Positions 20,009-32,934 of a stretch of 64,000 bases of DNA are shown here, in pieces. This DNA comes from Gemmatimonadota bacterium (GTDB lineage Bacteria > Gemmatimonadota > Gemmatimonadetes > Palauibacterales > Palauibacteraceae). How positions within the stretch are numbered: the first letter of the stretch is position 1; each line of letters opens with the position of its first letter. The notes below the pieces were generated by a model. The model saw nothing but the letters and a program-made list of their open reading frames with translations. It made no database searches and had not been told where the DNA came from. The position numbers were made by a program, and so were the translations under genes. The DNA lies in assembly GCA_965116475.1 (NCBI GenBank), contig OZ220691.1, forward strand, positions 2,304,001-2,368,000. The letters run 5' to 3'.

Positions 20009-23000
20009 ATGATGCTGCGTCCCGGTCGTACCCAGACCCAGGCGTCCCCGGGCCGGGTCTCCGTCCGCGCGCTGGCGTGGGCGGCGGCACTGAGCCTGGC
20101 CCTCGTGTCGGCGCCCCGTGGCGTGGAGGCCCAGTCGTCCGAACGAATCGCGGCGGGATTCACCTGGCGCCTGATCGGGCCGGCGATCTCCGGCGGCCGC
20201 ATCGCCGATCTCGAGGTCGTGCCCGGCACCCAGTCGCACATCTACGTGGGGGCGGCCTCGGGCGGCGTCTGGAAGAGCGTCAACCACGGGACGACCTGGG
20301 AATCGATCTTCGACGACGCGGCGAACCTCTCGATCGGGGACATCGCGCTCGCTCCAGCCGATCCGCTGGAAGTGTGGGTCGGGACCGGGGAACCGAACAA
20401 CCGCAACAGTACGCCATGGGGAGAAGGCGTCTATCACTCCTCCGACGGTGGCAAGACGTGGCGGCTCACGGGGCTGGAGGAGACCCGGCACATCGGGCGC
20501 ATCGCCGTCCATCCCACCGATCCGGACATCGTGTGGGTGGCGGCGCTGGGGCACCTGTTCGGCCCCAACGCCGAGCGCGGCGTGTACCGCACGACCGACC
20601 GCGGCGAGACGTGGACGAAGGTCCTCCACATCGACGACGACACGGGGTTCGTGGACCTCGCCCTCAACCCCGCGGATCCATCCATCATCTACGCGGCCGC
20701 ATACCAGCGCCGGCGGCGGGCGTGGGGGTTCGCGGGCGGCGGGCCGGGGAGCGGCATCTTCAAGTCGACCGACGGCGGGGACTCCTGGCGGGAGGTGACC
20801 GAAGGCCTGCCGGAAGGGGACAAGGGGAGGATCGGGCTCGCCGTCTCGGGGCGGAACCCGGCGCTGGTGATGGCCGTCGTGGAGGCGGAGGCGGGCGGGA
20901 TCTTCATCTCGCGAGACCGCGGCGAGAGCTGGCGGCGCGTCAACGAACTGAACCAGCGTCCGATGTACTACAGCCAGCTCCGGATCGATCCGAACGATGA
21001 AGATCGGGTCTGGCTGGTGGCGGGCAGTCTGCACCGCTCGGAGGATGGCGGCGACACCTTCGAGGCCCTCCCCATGGAGATCGAATACAACACCGGCGTT
21101 CACGTGGACCACCACGACCTGTGGATCGACCCCGAGGACTCGCGCCACATGATCCTCGGGAACGACGGCGGACTCTATTCCACCTGGGACGACGGCGACC
21201 ACTGGACGTTCATCGGGAACATCCCCATCGCCCAGTTCTACGACATCGACCTGGACCTGGCGGACCCGTACCACGTCTACGGGGGACTGCAGGACAACAA
21301 CTCGTACCGGGGCCCCAGCCGGACGCGCCGCTACCAGGGCATCATGAACCGCGACTGGCAGGTCCTCGACTACGGGGACGGGATGTACACGGAGACGGAC
21401 TGGTCGGATCCCGGCACCGTCTACGTGACGTCGCAGAACGCCGGGATCGTGCGCGTGAACCTCGCCACCGGCGACCGGAAGGCGCTCAAACCCTTCCCTC
21501 CGGACACGACGGTCTCGTATCGCTTCGACTGGAAGTCGCCGATTCTGGTGTCCCCGCACGACGCGGACCGGGTCTACCTGGGCGGCAACCGGCTCTTCAT
21601 CTCGGATGATCGGGGGGAGAGCTGGCGCGCGACGGAGGATCTGACGCGACAGATTCATCAGGACAGCCTCGAACTGATGGGGGTGCGTCCGGATTCGACC
21701 ACGCTCTCGAAGCACGATGGCGCCTCCGGGTACGGGGAGATCACGGCCGTGGCGGAGTCGCCGGTCGAGGCGGGGGTGCTGTGGATCGGGGCGGACGACG
21801 GCTCGGTGCGCGTGAGCCGGGACGACGGGGCGAACTGGGAGGACCTGACCGGCCGCGTGGCCGCGGCGGCGGGGCTCCCGTTCCCCTACTACGTGAGCTG
21901 GGTCGAGGCCTCGCACGCGGAGGCGGGGCGCGCGTACGTGAGCCTCGACGGGCACTGGGACGACGACTACGGGCCGCTCGCGGTCGTGACGGAGGATTTC
22001 GGTGCGACCTGGCGCTCGCTCGCCGATGGCCTGAGCGGGTCGGCGGCGGTGACGGGCACGGGTCGGGCGACGGGCGGCGGCATGGCCAGCGTGAACGTGA
22101 TCCGTGAGCACCCGGAGAATCCTGACCTGCTGATCGTCGGCGCGGAGAACGGCGCCTTCGCCTCGCTGGACCGCGGGGCGACCTGGGCCGCGCTCGGCTC
22201 CGGCCTCCCCGCCGTGCCGGTCGACGATGTCGAGATCCACCCGCGCGAGAACGACATCGTGCTCGGCACGCACGGCCGCGCCATCTGGATTCTCGACGAC
22301 ATCGCGCCGCTGTCGCAGCGGTCGGCGGCGGCCGCGACGGGCGCCGGGGCCGTGCAGCTGTTCGCCCCGCGTCCCGCCACGCTTTTCCTGTACCGGAACG
22401 ACGTGCCGTCGATGGGCCAGGGAACGTTCCGCGCCGAAAACCCCGCCTTCGGCGCGAACATCGACTACCGGCTCGCCGCGGAGGTGCCCGGCGGCGTGTC
22501 GATCGATGTGCTGGACAGCGCCGGCGGGGAAGTCCGGAGGCTCGAGGGCCCGGGCGCGGCTGGCCTCAACCGGGTCGCGTGGGACCTGCGGCACGATCCG
22601 CTGCCGCACGACACGACGCGGTACGAGGTACCCAGCCTCGATGCGGGCCCCGAGGGTCCGCTGGTCCTGGCGGGGACGTTCACGGTGCGTCTGACCGCGG
22701 CAGGCGAGACGCGCGAGCAGTCGCTGGAGGTGCGTCCCGACCCGGATCTGCCGGTGTCCGCGGAGGAGCGCCTGGCTCGCTACGAGTTCACGATGGCTCT
22801 TTTCGAGCTCCAGGGGGTGGCCTACAGGGAGGGCAGCGAAGCCTATGACGTGGAGCGCCGGGCCTCCGAGTCGCTCGAGGCGCTGGAGCGTGCGGACGAT
22901 GTGGCCGGGGCGGATCTCGAACGCGCGCGGGAACTTGTGGCCGAGATCGAGGACATCGCCGATGAATGGCGTTCGATCAACGGGGACATCCGCAACTGGT

Positions 23001-23197
23001 GGACCGGCCTGAGAGGCAAGTTCGACGGCGGCCCCTCGACGACCGGATCGCTGACGGGCCCGTCCGACGACCACCGGCGTCGGCTCGAGCGGATCCGCGC
23101 GGAAGTCGAGGCCGCGTCCGCCCGGATGAGTGACGCGGCGGAGGCGCTCGAAACGCTGCAGAATCTGGAGAACCGCGCTACAGAATCTGGAGAATGA
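20009..23197 (+). CDS. VPS10/BNR (Asp-box) repeat glycosyl-hydrolase-like protein
   Basis: WRLIGPAISGGRI, repeated S.DGG.TW Asp-boxes, HVDHH, GNDGG, GGLQDN and GTHGR. Confidence 0.9.
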   Translation: MMLRPGRTQTQASPGRVSVRALAWAAALSLALVSAPRGVEAQSSERIAAGFTWRLIGPAISGGRIADLEVVPGTQSHIYVGAASGGVWKSVNHGTTWESIFDDAANLSIGDIALAPADPLEVWVGTGEPNNRNSTPWGEGVYHSSDGGKTWRLTGLEETRHIGRIAVHPTDPDIVWVAALGHLFGPNAERGVYRTTDRGETWTKVLHIDDDTGFVDLALNPADPSIIYAAAYQRRRRAWGFAGGGPGSGIFKSTDGGDSWREVTEGLPEGDKGRIGLAVSGRNPALVMAVVEAEAGGIFISRDRGESWRRVNELNQRPMYYSQLRIDPNDEDRVWLVAGSLHRSEDGGDTFEALPMEIEYNTGVHVDHHDLWIDPEDSRHMILGNDGGLYSTWDDGDHWTFIGNIPIAQFYDIDLDLADPYHVYGGLQDNNSYRGPSRTRRYQGIMNRDWQVLDYGDGMYTETDWSDPGTVYVTSQNAGIVRVNLATGDRKALKPFPPDTTVSYRFDWKSPILVSPHDADRVYLGGNRLFISDDRGESWRATEDLTRQIHQDSLELMGVRPDSTTLSKHDGASGYGEITAVAESPVEAGVLWIGADDGSVRVSRDDGANWEDLTGRVAAAAGLPFPYYVSWVEASHAEAGRAYVSLDGHWDDDYGPLAVVTEDFGATWRSLADGLSGSAAVTGTGRATGGGMASVNVIREHPENPDLLIVGAENGAFASLDRGATWAALGSGLPAVPVDDVEIHPRENDIVLGTHGRAIWILDDIAPLSQRSAAAATGAGAVQLFAPRPATLFLYRNDVPSMGQGTFRAENPAFGANIDYRLAAEVPGGVSIDVLDSAGGEVRRLEGPGAAGLNRVAWDLRHDPLPHDTTRYEVPSLDAGPEGPLVLAGTFTVRLTAAGETREQSLEVRPDPDLPVSAEERLARYEFTMALFELQGVAYREGSEAYDVERRASESLEALERADDVAGADLERARELVAEIEDIADEWRSINGDIRNWWTGLRGKFDGGPSTTGSLTGPSDDHRRRLERIRAEVEAASARMSDAAEALETLQNLENRATESGE

Positions 23198-23203
23198 GGG
23201 AGA

Positions 23204-25997
<2,794 letters not shown>

Positions 25998-25998
<1 letters not shown>

Positions 25999-27773
25999 TG
26001 GAGAACATCGAGATCGTCCGCGTGCTCAACGAGGTGGCCGACCTGCTCGAGATCCAGCAGGCGAACCCGTTCCGCGTCCGCGCCTACCGGAATGCCGTGC
26101 GCACGATCAACGCGCACGCGTCGCCCCTCCGCAAACAGGTCGAGCAGGGCGCCGACCTCACCGAACTGCCGTCGATCGGGAAGGGGATGGCGGACAACAT
26201 CCGCGAGCTCGTGGAGAGCGGCCGCCTCGCCATGCTCGAGGAGATGGCGGCCGAGATCCCCCCGGGGCTCGTCGAGTTGATGCGGCTCCCGGGGGTCGGT
26301 CCCAAGAAGGCGCGCAAGCTGTGGGACGAACTGGGCGTCGAATCGATCGACGATCTGGAGGAGGTCGCGGGCGAGGGACGCGTGGCCGAACTGCCCGGTT
26401 TCGGACTCAAGACGCAGGACCGGATCCTCCGCGGCATCCGCAACTATCGCACCAGCACGACCCGCTTCCGCCTCGGAGAGGTCGACAAGCTGCTGCCGCC
26501 GCTGATCGAACACCTGCAGGCGACACCCGGCATCACCCGCCTGGAAGTCGCGGGGAGCTATCGGCGCCGGAAGGAAACCGTGGGCGACATCGATCTCCTC
26601 GTCCTGGCCGACGACGCACGCGCCGCCTCCGACGCCCTCGTCGGGTTTTCCGGCGTGGAGAGCGTGATCGGGGCCGGCGGGACGAAGACCTCGGTACGCC
26701 TCCGCAGCGGGCTGCAGGTCGACCTGCGGGTCGTACCGCCCGAGAGTTGGGGAGCGGCGCTCATCTATTTCACCGGGTCGAAGGAGCACAACATTCGCCT
26801 GCGGCGCCGCGCGCTCGAACGCAAGCTCCGGGTATCCGAGTACGGCGTGTTCACGATCCCCGAGGCGTCGCTCGGCGATGGGCTGGGCGAGCGGGGCATC
26901 GCCTCCGAGGGGGAGATGGTCGCGGGTGCGACGGAGGAGGACGTCTACCGGGCACTCGACCTCTCATGCCTTCCGCCGGAGATTCGCCGCGACCGGGGAG
27001 AGCTCACCGCGTCCGACGCCGGGGAACTGCCCCGCCTGGTCGAGACGTCCGACCTGCGCGGCGACGTCCACATGCACAGCACCTGGTCCGATGGCCGCGC
27101 TTCGCTGGAGGAGATGGTCGCGGCGTGCGCGGCGCGCGGTTACGGGTACATGGCGATCACCGACCACTCGAAGGCGCTGGCGATGGTCGAGGGTCTTGAT
27201 TCCGCCAAGCTTCGACGCCAGTGGGACGAGATCGCGGAAGTCCAGGCCGCGCACCCGGAGATCCGGATCCTGCGCGGGCTGGAGGTCGACATCCTCCGCG
27301 ACGGATCGCTGGACCTCGAGGACGAGATGCTCGAGCGACTCGATGTCGTGATCATCTCCGTTCATTCCTTCCTCGGACTGGAACGGGCGCCGCAGACCGC
27401 CCGCGTACTGAAGGCGCTCTCGCATCCCCGCTCGATGATCTTCGGGCACCCGACGGGACGGATCATCAACCGGCGCGGCCCGATCGATGTGGACATCGAC
27501 GATATCCTGCACGCCTGCGCCGAGTTCGGCGTCGCCGTCGAAGTCAACTCGCACCCCCACCGTCTCGACCTGAAGGACAGCCACCTCTGGCGCGCGCGCG
27601 AACTCGGCGTACCCGTCGTGGTTGCGACCGACGCGCACCGGCCTGACGACCTGGGTCTGGCGCACTACGGCATCGAACAGGCCCGCCGCGCGTGGCTCAC
27701 TCCCGAACACGTCCTCAACACGCGTGGCGTGGACGACTTCCTGGCCGCCCTTTGGAGAAAGCCGGCGAGTTGA
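25998..27773 (+). CDS. polX: DNA polymerase X / PHP 3'-5' exonuclease
   Basis: NPFRVRAY, GVGPKK, AGSYRRRKETVGDID, QVDLR and YFTGSKEHN; PHP motifs HMHSTWSDG, TDHS and TDAH; TGATG coupling to ligA. Confidence 0.96.
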
Positions 27774-27850
27774 TCCCCCGTTGAGAGCCCGTCCCCATAC
27801 TCCCGGCGACAAGCAGCCCGTGGGACCCCAGGTCAGGGAGGCTCGGACAC

Positions 27851-28837
27851 ATGACGCGTGGATGCGGACTTCCACCGCTCTCGCGGGATCACTACATACC
27901 GCTCCGCCGGCAACTCGCGGCGGACCTGGAGGCCGGGATTCGGGATGGACACGTGCGGCCCGGGGCTCCGCTTCCGTCCTCCCGGGACATGGCGCGCCGA
28001 CTCGGCGTCGACCGGGGGACGGTCGGCGCCGCGCTCGCGCGACTGCGGCGGAGGAACCTCATCGAACTCGGGAAAGGACAGCGCCCCCGCGCGTCGATGC
28101 GCCGGCGCCCCCCCCGTCCTCCGCCGACCGTGGAGCTGGAGCCGAGGGCAGCGGCGCTGGATCTGCTGCGGCGCGCGCACGCGGGGGGATTCTCCCGTTG
28201 GCGGCTGCTCAACGAGCTGGAGCGGATCGTGGATGGCGCGCGGAGCCCCGATCCGCACCTCGTGACGCTGTGCGAACCTCGCGCCGGGCTGCGAGCCGTG
28301 CTCGCCGCGGAACTGGAAGATGCCTGCGGAGTCGCCGTTCACGCGGTCGACTCCGCCCGCGGGATACCGGAGAATTCGCCGGTCGTCCTGCGGCGCGAGC
28401 TGCAGTCGCGGATGCGCCGCTCCGGCACCGTCGAGTGCGTTCCGATCTCACTCGCCGGGGGCACCCGCGAACGCGAAATCGTGCGACGCCGAATCCGCCG
28501 CGGATTCGTGGTGCTCCTTTCCCGGAGCGAGACGGTGCGCGTGTTCGCCGCGGAACTCGCCGCTCGGGATTTCGCGCGCGGCGTCAACTTCAGAGCCCTC
28601 GACCCGCACGTCGACGCGCGGGCTGTGCAGCGGGCGGTGACGGCGGCAACGATCATCTTCCACGACCGACTCGTCCCCATGTCCCGGTATGACCCCGGAA
28701 CGGCTCCGGCCGTGCCGATTACACTCCTGCCGCCCGAAGAGGTCGAACGCCTCAGCGCCTACCTGTCGAGGACGGACCGGTCCGAGCGCGGCCGCGGCGG
28801 ATCCACTTCTTGCCTGCCACACGGAGGTCGACAGTAG
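27851..28837 (+). CDS. GntR-family transcriptional regulator with extended C-terminal domain
   Basis: N-terminal wHTH I..G...PG..LPS.RDMARRLGVDRGTV..AL..L. Confidence 0.75.
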   Translation: MTRGCGLPPLSRDHYIPLRRQLAADLEAGIRDGHVRPGAPLPSSRDMARRLGVDRGTVGAALARLRRRNLIELGKGQRPRASMRRRPPRPPPTVELEPRAAALDLLRRAHAGGFSRWRLLNELERIVDGARSPDPHLVTLCEPRAGLRAVLAAELEDACGVAVHAVDSARGIPENSPVVLRRELQSRMRRSGTVECVPISLAGGTREREIVRRRIRRGFVVLLSRSETVRVFAAELAARDFARGVNFRALDPHVDARAVQRAVTAATIIFHDRLVPMSRYDPGTAPAVPITLLPPEEVERLSAYLSRTDRSERGRGGSTSCLPHGGRQ

Positions 28838-28956
28838 CCCATGCACACATTCGCCCCTAAGTTACGGGAGTTTCCGCCCTTGTCCTTCCACGGAGTTGTT
28901 GGGATTGTGAAGAAGAGGTTCCATTCGTCCGTTTACTCCGGCGCCGAGTAGTGATT

Positions 28957-29208
28957 ATGTCTTCGGCCAAATACGACCCCGGCGTGATCGTGAGGGCGCT
29001 CCGCTTCCGAGCGAAGCTCGATGGGTTTCGGCTCGAGCGCGGCCACTACATGGATCGACCCGAAGATCGCGCGGACCGCTGGTACGCCGTGCCGATGGGA
29101 GACAGCGACGCCTCGCGCGCCGGAGAGGGTTTCCCAACCATCATGAAGGCGGCCGACGAAGCAGCGCGCCTCCGCAAGCTCCGGCAAGCGTCCGATCCGG
29201 ACGACTGA
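28957..29208 (+). CDS. Small hypothetical protein
   Basis: Fills the gap before the tRNA promoter, with plausible codon usage; no recognised motif. Confidence 0.5.
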   Translation: MSSAKYDPGVIVRALRFRAKLDGFRLERGHYMDRPEDRADRWYAVPMGDSDASRAGEGFPTIMKAADEAARLRKLRQASDPDD

Positions 29209-29250
29209 CGCTCCGTTGCCACAGCCCGGCGCGGCCCGGCGAACGGTCGC

Positions 29251-29279
29251 TTGAAGCGCCGCGCCGGCTCAAGTATTAT
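29251..29279 (+). promoter_or_regulatory. Sigma70-type promoter for the tRNA cluster
   Basis: TTGAAG-N17-TATTAT ending 35 bp upstream of tRNA-Gln. Confidence 0.7.
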
Positions 29280-29314
29280 CGACGGCCCGACTCATTGGGA
29301 CGTTGGCGGGACGT

Positions 29315-29387
29315 TGGCCCGTGGTGGAATTGGCAACACGTCTGGCTCTGGACCAGAAGATTCCAGGTTCGAGTCCTGGCGGGCCAA
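29315..29387 (+). tRNA. tRNA-Gln (CTG)
   Basis: TGGCCCG/CGGGCCA acceptor stem; TCTGG-CT-CTG-GA-CCAGA anticodon arm; GGTTCGAGTCC. Confidence 0.96.
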
Positions 29388-29407
29388 TCAGCAGAGCAGC
29401 ATCCTGC

Positions 29408-29493
29408 GGAGGGGTGGCCGAGTGGCTTAAGGCGGCGCCCTGCTAAGGCGTTGACTCGAGAGAGTCTCGTGGGTTCGAATCCCACCCCCTCCG
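29408..29493 (+). tRNA. tRNA-Ser (GCT)
   Basis: GGAGGGG/CCCCTCC stem; GCGCC-CT-GCT-AA-GGCGT; long variable arm; GGTTCGAATCC. Confidence 0.96.
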
Positions 29494-29527
29494 CCTACCT
29501 ACCTCCGGCCTCACCCCGGAGGCTTCC

Positions 29528-29615
29528 GGACGGGTGGCCGAGCGGACTAAGGCGCACGCCTGGAGAGCGTGTGGGCAGCAACCCTGCCTCGTGGGTTCGA
29601 ATCCCACCCCGTCCG
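29528..29615 (+). tRNA. tRNA-Ser (GGA)
   Basis: GGACGGG/CCCGTCC stem; CACGC-CT-GGA-GA-GCGTG; long variable arm. Confidence 0.96.
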
Positions 29616-29632
29616 TTAAGCAGTCTACACCC

Positions 29633-29714
29633 GGAGAGGTGGCAGAACGGCAATGCACCGGTCTCGAAAACCGGCGCCCTCACGGGCTTGGGGGTTCGAA
29701 TCCCCCCCTCTCCG
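29633..29714 (+). tRNA. tRNA-Ser (CGA)
   Basis: GGAGAGG/CCTCTCC stem; CCGGT-CT-CGA-AA-ACCGG; variable arm GCCC-TCAC-GGGC. Confidence 0.95.
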
Positions 29715-29807
29715 CTATCGCAGTTTTGTGGGCGCTCAGCTTTCCTCCTAGTGAAAGCGCAGGGCGTCGCATAGGTTGAGAGATGACCCGTATGCGGCAG
29801 TGAACCG

Positions 29808-30107
29808 GTGAATCTCGCCTGCGTCGCGCTCGCGTTCTCGGTATGCTTCGGCACGCGCTGCTGGATACTGGACGGACCGCGCGTGACGGAGATCGATGAA
29901 GCCTCCGCCGACACGCTCCAGGGCTGGTTCATCGGCGATTTCGGCGCCGATACGCTATGGGTTGGCGAGAGTGGCCGGATCGTCCATGCCATGAACAGGG
30001 AAACCGGCGAACGGGCGACCATCGACCGGTTGCTCGTTCGGGTCACCCGTCATGGCAGAGAGGACTCGCAGACCCCCGCCCGACCACGGAGCCGACGCGA
30101 CCCCTAG
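29808..30107 (+). CDS. Small hypothetical protein
   Basis: GTG-start ORF with a hydrophobic N-terminus filling the tRNA-queC gap; 4-bp convergent overlap with queC. Confidence 0.4.
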   Translation: MNLACVALAFSVCFGTRCWILDGPRVTEIDEASADTLQGWFIGDFGADTLWVGESGRIVHAMNRETGERATIDRLLVRVTRHGREDSQTPARPRSRRDP

Positions 30108-30799
30108 CAGCCCGCCTGATATGGGGCCGGATCCCGGGCTCCCGCCGCGGCGAATCCGAGGAGCCTCAGGCGGCAGGAGTCGCACGCTCCACAGGCCGCG
30201 TCGGATTCATCAGGGTCGTAGCAACTGCGCGTCATCCCGTAATCGACGCCCAGCGCCAGCCCTCGCCGGATGATCTCGGCCTTGGTGAGATCGACCAAAG
30301 GCGCATGGATCCGGAACGGTCGACCCCCCTCCACGCCGGCCCTGGTGCCGAGGCCGGCGAGTTTCTCGAACGCAGCGAGGAACTCGGGTCTACAGTCGGG
30401 ATACCCGCTGTAGTCGACCGCATTGACGCCGATGAAGATGTCCGAAGCCTCGAGAACTTCCGCCCACGCGAGAGCCATCGACAGGAAGATGGTGTTCCTG
30501 GCCGGGACGTAAGTGACGGGGATGTCCTCCGAATCCGACGGATCGCGCCCGCCCCTGGGTACCTCGAGGTCCCCGGTCAGCGCCGAGCCCCCGAACGCGC
30601 GCAGATCGACGGCGGCGACCACATGCCGCGTGACCCGCATCGCTTCCGCCACCCGACGGGCGGCGTCCACCTCCCGCTCGTGTCTCTGCCCGTAGCGGAG
30701 CGTCAGCGCACAGGGCCGGTATCCCTGTTCCACCGCGATCGCCAACGTCGTCGCCGAGTCCAGCCCACCGCTGAGAAGGACAACCGACCTGCGGCCCAT
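30104..30799 (-). CDS. queC: 7-cyano-7-deazaguanine synthase
   Basis: SGGLDS PP-loop, [21 protein letters not shown] and SCY...[16 protein letters not shown]. Confidence 0.97.
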   Translation of the reverse strand: MGRRSVVLLSGGLDSATTLAIAVEQGYRPCALTLRYGQRHEREVDAARRVAEAMRVTRHVVAAVDLRAFGGSALTGDLEVPRGGRDPSDSEDIPVTYVPARNTIFLSMALAWAEVLEASDIFIGVNAVDYSGYPDCRPEFLAAFEKLAGLGTRAGVEGGRPFRIHAPLVDLTKAEIIRRGLALGVDYGMTRSCYDPDESDAACGACDSCRLRLLGFAAAGARDPAPYQAGC

Positions 30800-30963
30800 C
30801 CACTACCTCCGGGAAGCGAGTTCACGATCGCGGAATCCCGCCGGGGGGCCACTTGTAACACGATTTCGCACCGCACGCCAATGCATGGTAAAGTGAGGCC
30901 GGGAGCGGCTCCGGAACCTCGATGCCCCGCGGAGTCGAGCGGGGATACGCGGAAGGAGAACCG

Positions 30964-31557
30964 ATGCGGATCCGGTCACCTGGCCGGGGCGACGCACTGC
31001 TGGTTGTGGACGTGCAGAAGGACTTCCTCACCGGCGGCCCGCTGGCCGTCTCCGAAGGCGATGCGGTGATCCCGCCGCTCAACGAAGCGATCCGCGCCTT
31101 CTCCGACGCGGACCTTCCGATCTTCGCGACGCGCGACTGGCACCCGCCGGATCACTGCTCGTTCGTCCCGAACGGTGGGCTCTGGCCGATTCACTGCGTC
31201 GCGGGGACGAGCGGGGCATCGTTCCCGGCGTCCCTCCGGCTTCCCGCCTCGACCGTCGTAGTCTCGAAGGCCGATGACCCGGCCCCCGAGGCCTACTCCG
31301 CGTTCTCGGGCACTGATCTCGCCGACCGTCTCGCGGATCTACGCGTGGGACGGGTGTTCGCCGGCGGCCTCGCGACGGATTACTGCGTGCTCCGAACGGT
31401 GCTCGACGCCCGCGCGGCCGGTCTCGACGTGGTCGTTCTGGACGACGCGGTGAGAGCCGTGGACCTCGAGTCGGGCGATGGGATTCGCGCCATCGCCCGC
31501 ATGCGAGCGGCAGGTGTGACATTCGCTTCCACGCGAACGGCCCTGGCCGAGGGGTAG
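30964..31557 (+). CDS. pncA: Nicotinamidase/pyrazinamidase
   Basis: VDVQKDF, DWHP..H, WPIHCV, K, YSAF and GLATDYCV; adjacent to pncB. Confidence 0.93.
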   Translation: MRIRSPGRGDALLVVDVQKDFLTGGPLAVSEGDAVIPPLNEAIRAFSDADLPIFATRDWHPPDHCSFVPNGGLWPIHCVAGTSGASFPASLRLPASTVVVSKADDPAPEAYSAFSGTDLADRLADLRVGRVFAGGLATDYCVLRTVLDARAAGLDVVVLDDAVRAVDLESGDGIRAIARMRAAGVTFASTRTALAEG

Positions 31558-31563
31558 CGAATC

Positions 31564-32925
31564 ATGGTGGCAGGTGGCGTCACCGGGACGCCGAGCGGGG
31601 AACGGAGCGCCCTGCTCACGGACCTGTATCAACTCACCATGCTCAAGGCGTACTGGGAACACGGGATGCACGAGACGGCCGTGTTCGAATTCTTTGTCCG
31701 CCGTCTCCCCCCGAAGCGCCGGTTCCTGATGGCTGCAGGGCTGGCGCACGCCCTCGACTACCTGGAAGGTCTGCGTTTCGAATCCGACGAACTCGAATGG
31801 CTCCGCGGCCAGCCCGGCTTCCCGCCCGCCTTCGTCGACTGGCTCGCCGATCTGCGCTTCACCGGGGATGTGGACGCCATGCCCGAGGGGACCGTCTTCT
31901 TCCCGGAAGAACCTCTGCTGCGGGTCACCGCGCCGCTCCCGGAGGCCCAACTCATCGAGACGCGGCTCATCTCCCTGCTCAACTACGCCTCCCTGATCGC
32001 GACGAAAGCGATCCGCTTCAGGCTCGCGGCCCCGACCGCCCGGCTCGTGGACTTCGGTCTGCGGCGGGCGCACGGTTCGGAAGCGGGGCTTCTCGCCGCC
32101 CGGGCCGCCTACATCGCCGGCTTCGACGGCACCGCGACCGTACTCGCCGGAAAGCACTGGGGGATCCCGACCTTCGGCACCATGGCCCATTCGTTCATCC
32201 AGGCGCACGACAGCGAGGCCGACGCGTTCATTCGCTTCGCCCGGGCGCATCCGGAAAACGCCGTACTGCTCATCGACACCTACGACACCGAGGCGGGGGC
32301 GTCGAAGGTCGTCGAGATCGCCTCCCGCCTCCGCGCCGAAGGCATCGAAATCACGGCCGTTCGGCTGGATTCCGGCGATCTCGCGGCCCACGCCCGGCGC
32401 GTGCGCCGGATTCTGGACGAAGGGGGCTTTCCCGAAGTCCGCATCTTCGCGAGCGGTTCGCTGGACGAGCACGACGTGGCCCGCCTGGCCCGCGCCCCGA
32501 TCGACGGCTTCGGGATCGGGACCGCCCTCACTGTTGCCGCGGATGATCCGAAGCTCGACAGCGTCTACAAGCTCCAGGAGTACGCTGGCCGGCCGCGTCG
32601 CAAGCGCTCGGAAGGGAAGGCGACGTGGCCCGGCCGCAAGCAGGTGTTTCGCACCCTCGACCGCGGCCGGCTCGCCCGCGACGTGCTGGGGCTCGAGGGC
32701 GAGGCGCTGTCCGGCGAGGCGCTGCTCGCGCCCGTGGCGCGCGCGGGAACACGATTGCGGCCGGACCCTTCGCTGGAAGAGAGCCGCGCGCGCGCACGAG
32801 CCTCGGTGGCAACGCTGCCGGCGGAACTCCGGGCGCTCGAGTCGGTGCCCACGCCGTTCCCGGTGGACCCATCACCCGGCGTGCGCGAACTGGCCCGGGA
32901 GGTCGACCGCCGGGCCGCCGGTTAG
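31564..32925 (+). CDS. pncB: Nicotinate phosphoribosyltransferase
   Basis: LLTDLYQLTM, DFGLRRAHG, GTMAHSF, LLIDTYD, VRLDSGD, FGIGT and YKL. Confidence 0.96.
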   Translation: MVAGGVTGTPSGERSALLTDLYQLTMLKAYWEHGMHETAVFEFFVRRLPPKRRFLMAAGLAHALDYLEGLRFESDELEWLRGQPGFPPAFVDWLADLRFTGDVDAMPEGTVFFPEEPLLRVTAPLPEAQLIETRLISLLNYASLIATKAIRFRLAAPTARLVDFGLRRAHGSEAGLLAARAAYIAGFDGTATVLAGKHWGIPTFGTMAHSFIQAHDSEADAFIRFARAHPENAVLLIDTYDTEAGASKVVEIASRLRAEGIEITAVRLDSGDLAAHARRVRRILDEGGFPEVRIFASGSLDEHDVARLARAPIDGFGIGTALTVAADDPKLDSVYKLQEYAGRPRRKRSEGKATWPGRKQVFRTLDRGRLARDVLGLEGEALSGEALLAPVARAGTRLRPDPSLEESRARARASVATLPAELRALESVPTPFPVDPSPGVRELAREVDRRAAG

Positions 32926-32934
32926 CCGGGTCGG

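Noticed and set aside
23159..23194. 14-bp direct repeat CAGAATCTGGAGAA as a target-site duplication
   Set aside because: Only 8 bp separate the copies and there is no mobile element; it is probably a local slippage duplication.
27774..27850. SRP-like ncRNA in the polX-GntR spacer (contains CAGGTCAGG)
   Set aside because: It lacks the GGAA tetraloop and GCAGC elements and the long stem.
30104..30799. queC as part of a Qat or Dpd defence/DNA-modification system
   Set aside because: It has canonical housekeeping length and motifs, and no ATPase, TatD or dpd neighbours.
30862..30880. Rex, CRP or NrtR-like box upstream of pncA (TTGTAACACGATTTCGCA)
   Set aside because: Dyad symmetry is poor and the spacing does not fit these consensuses.
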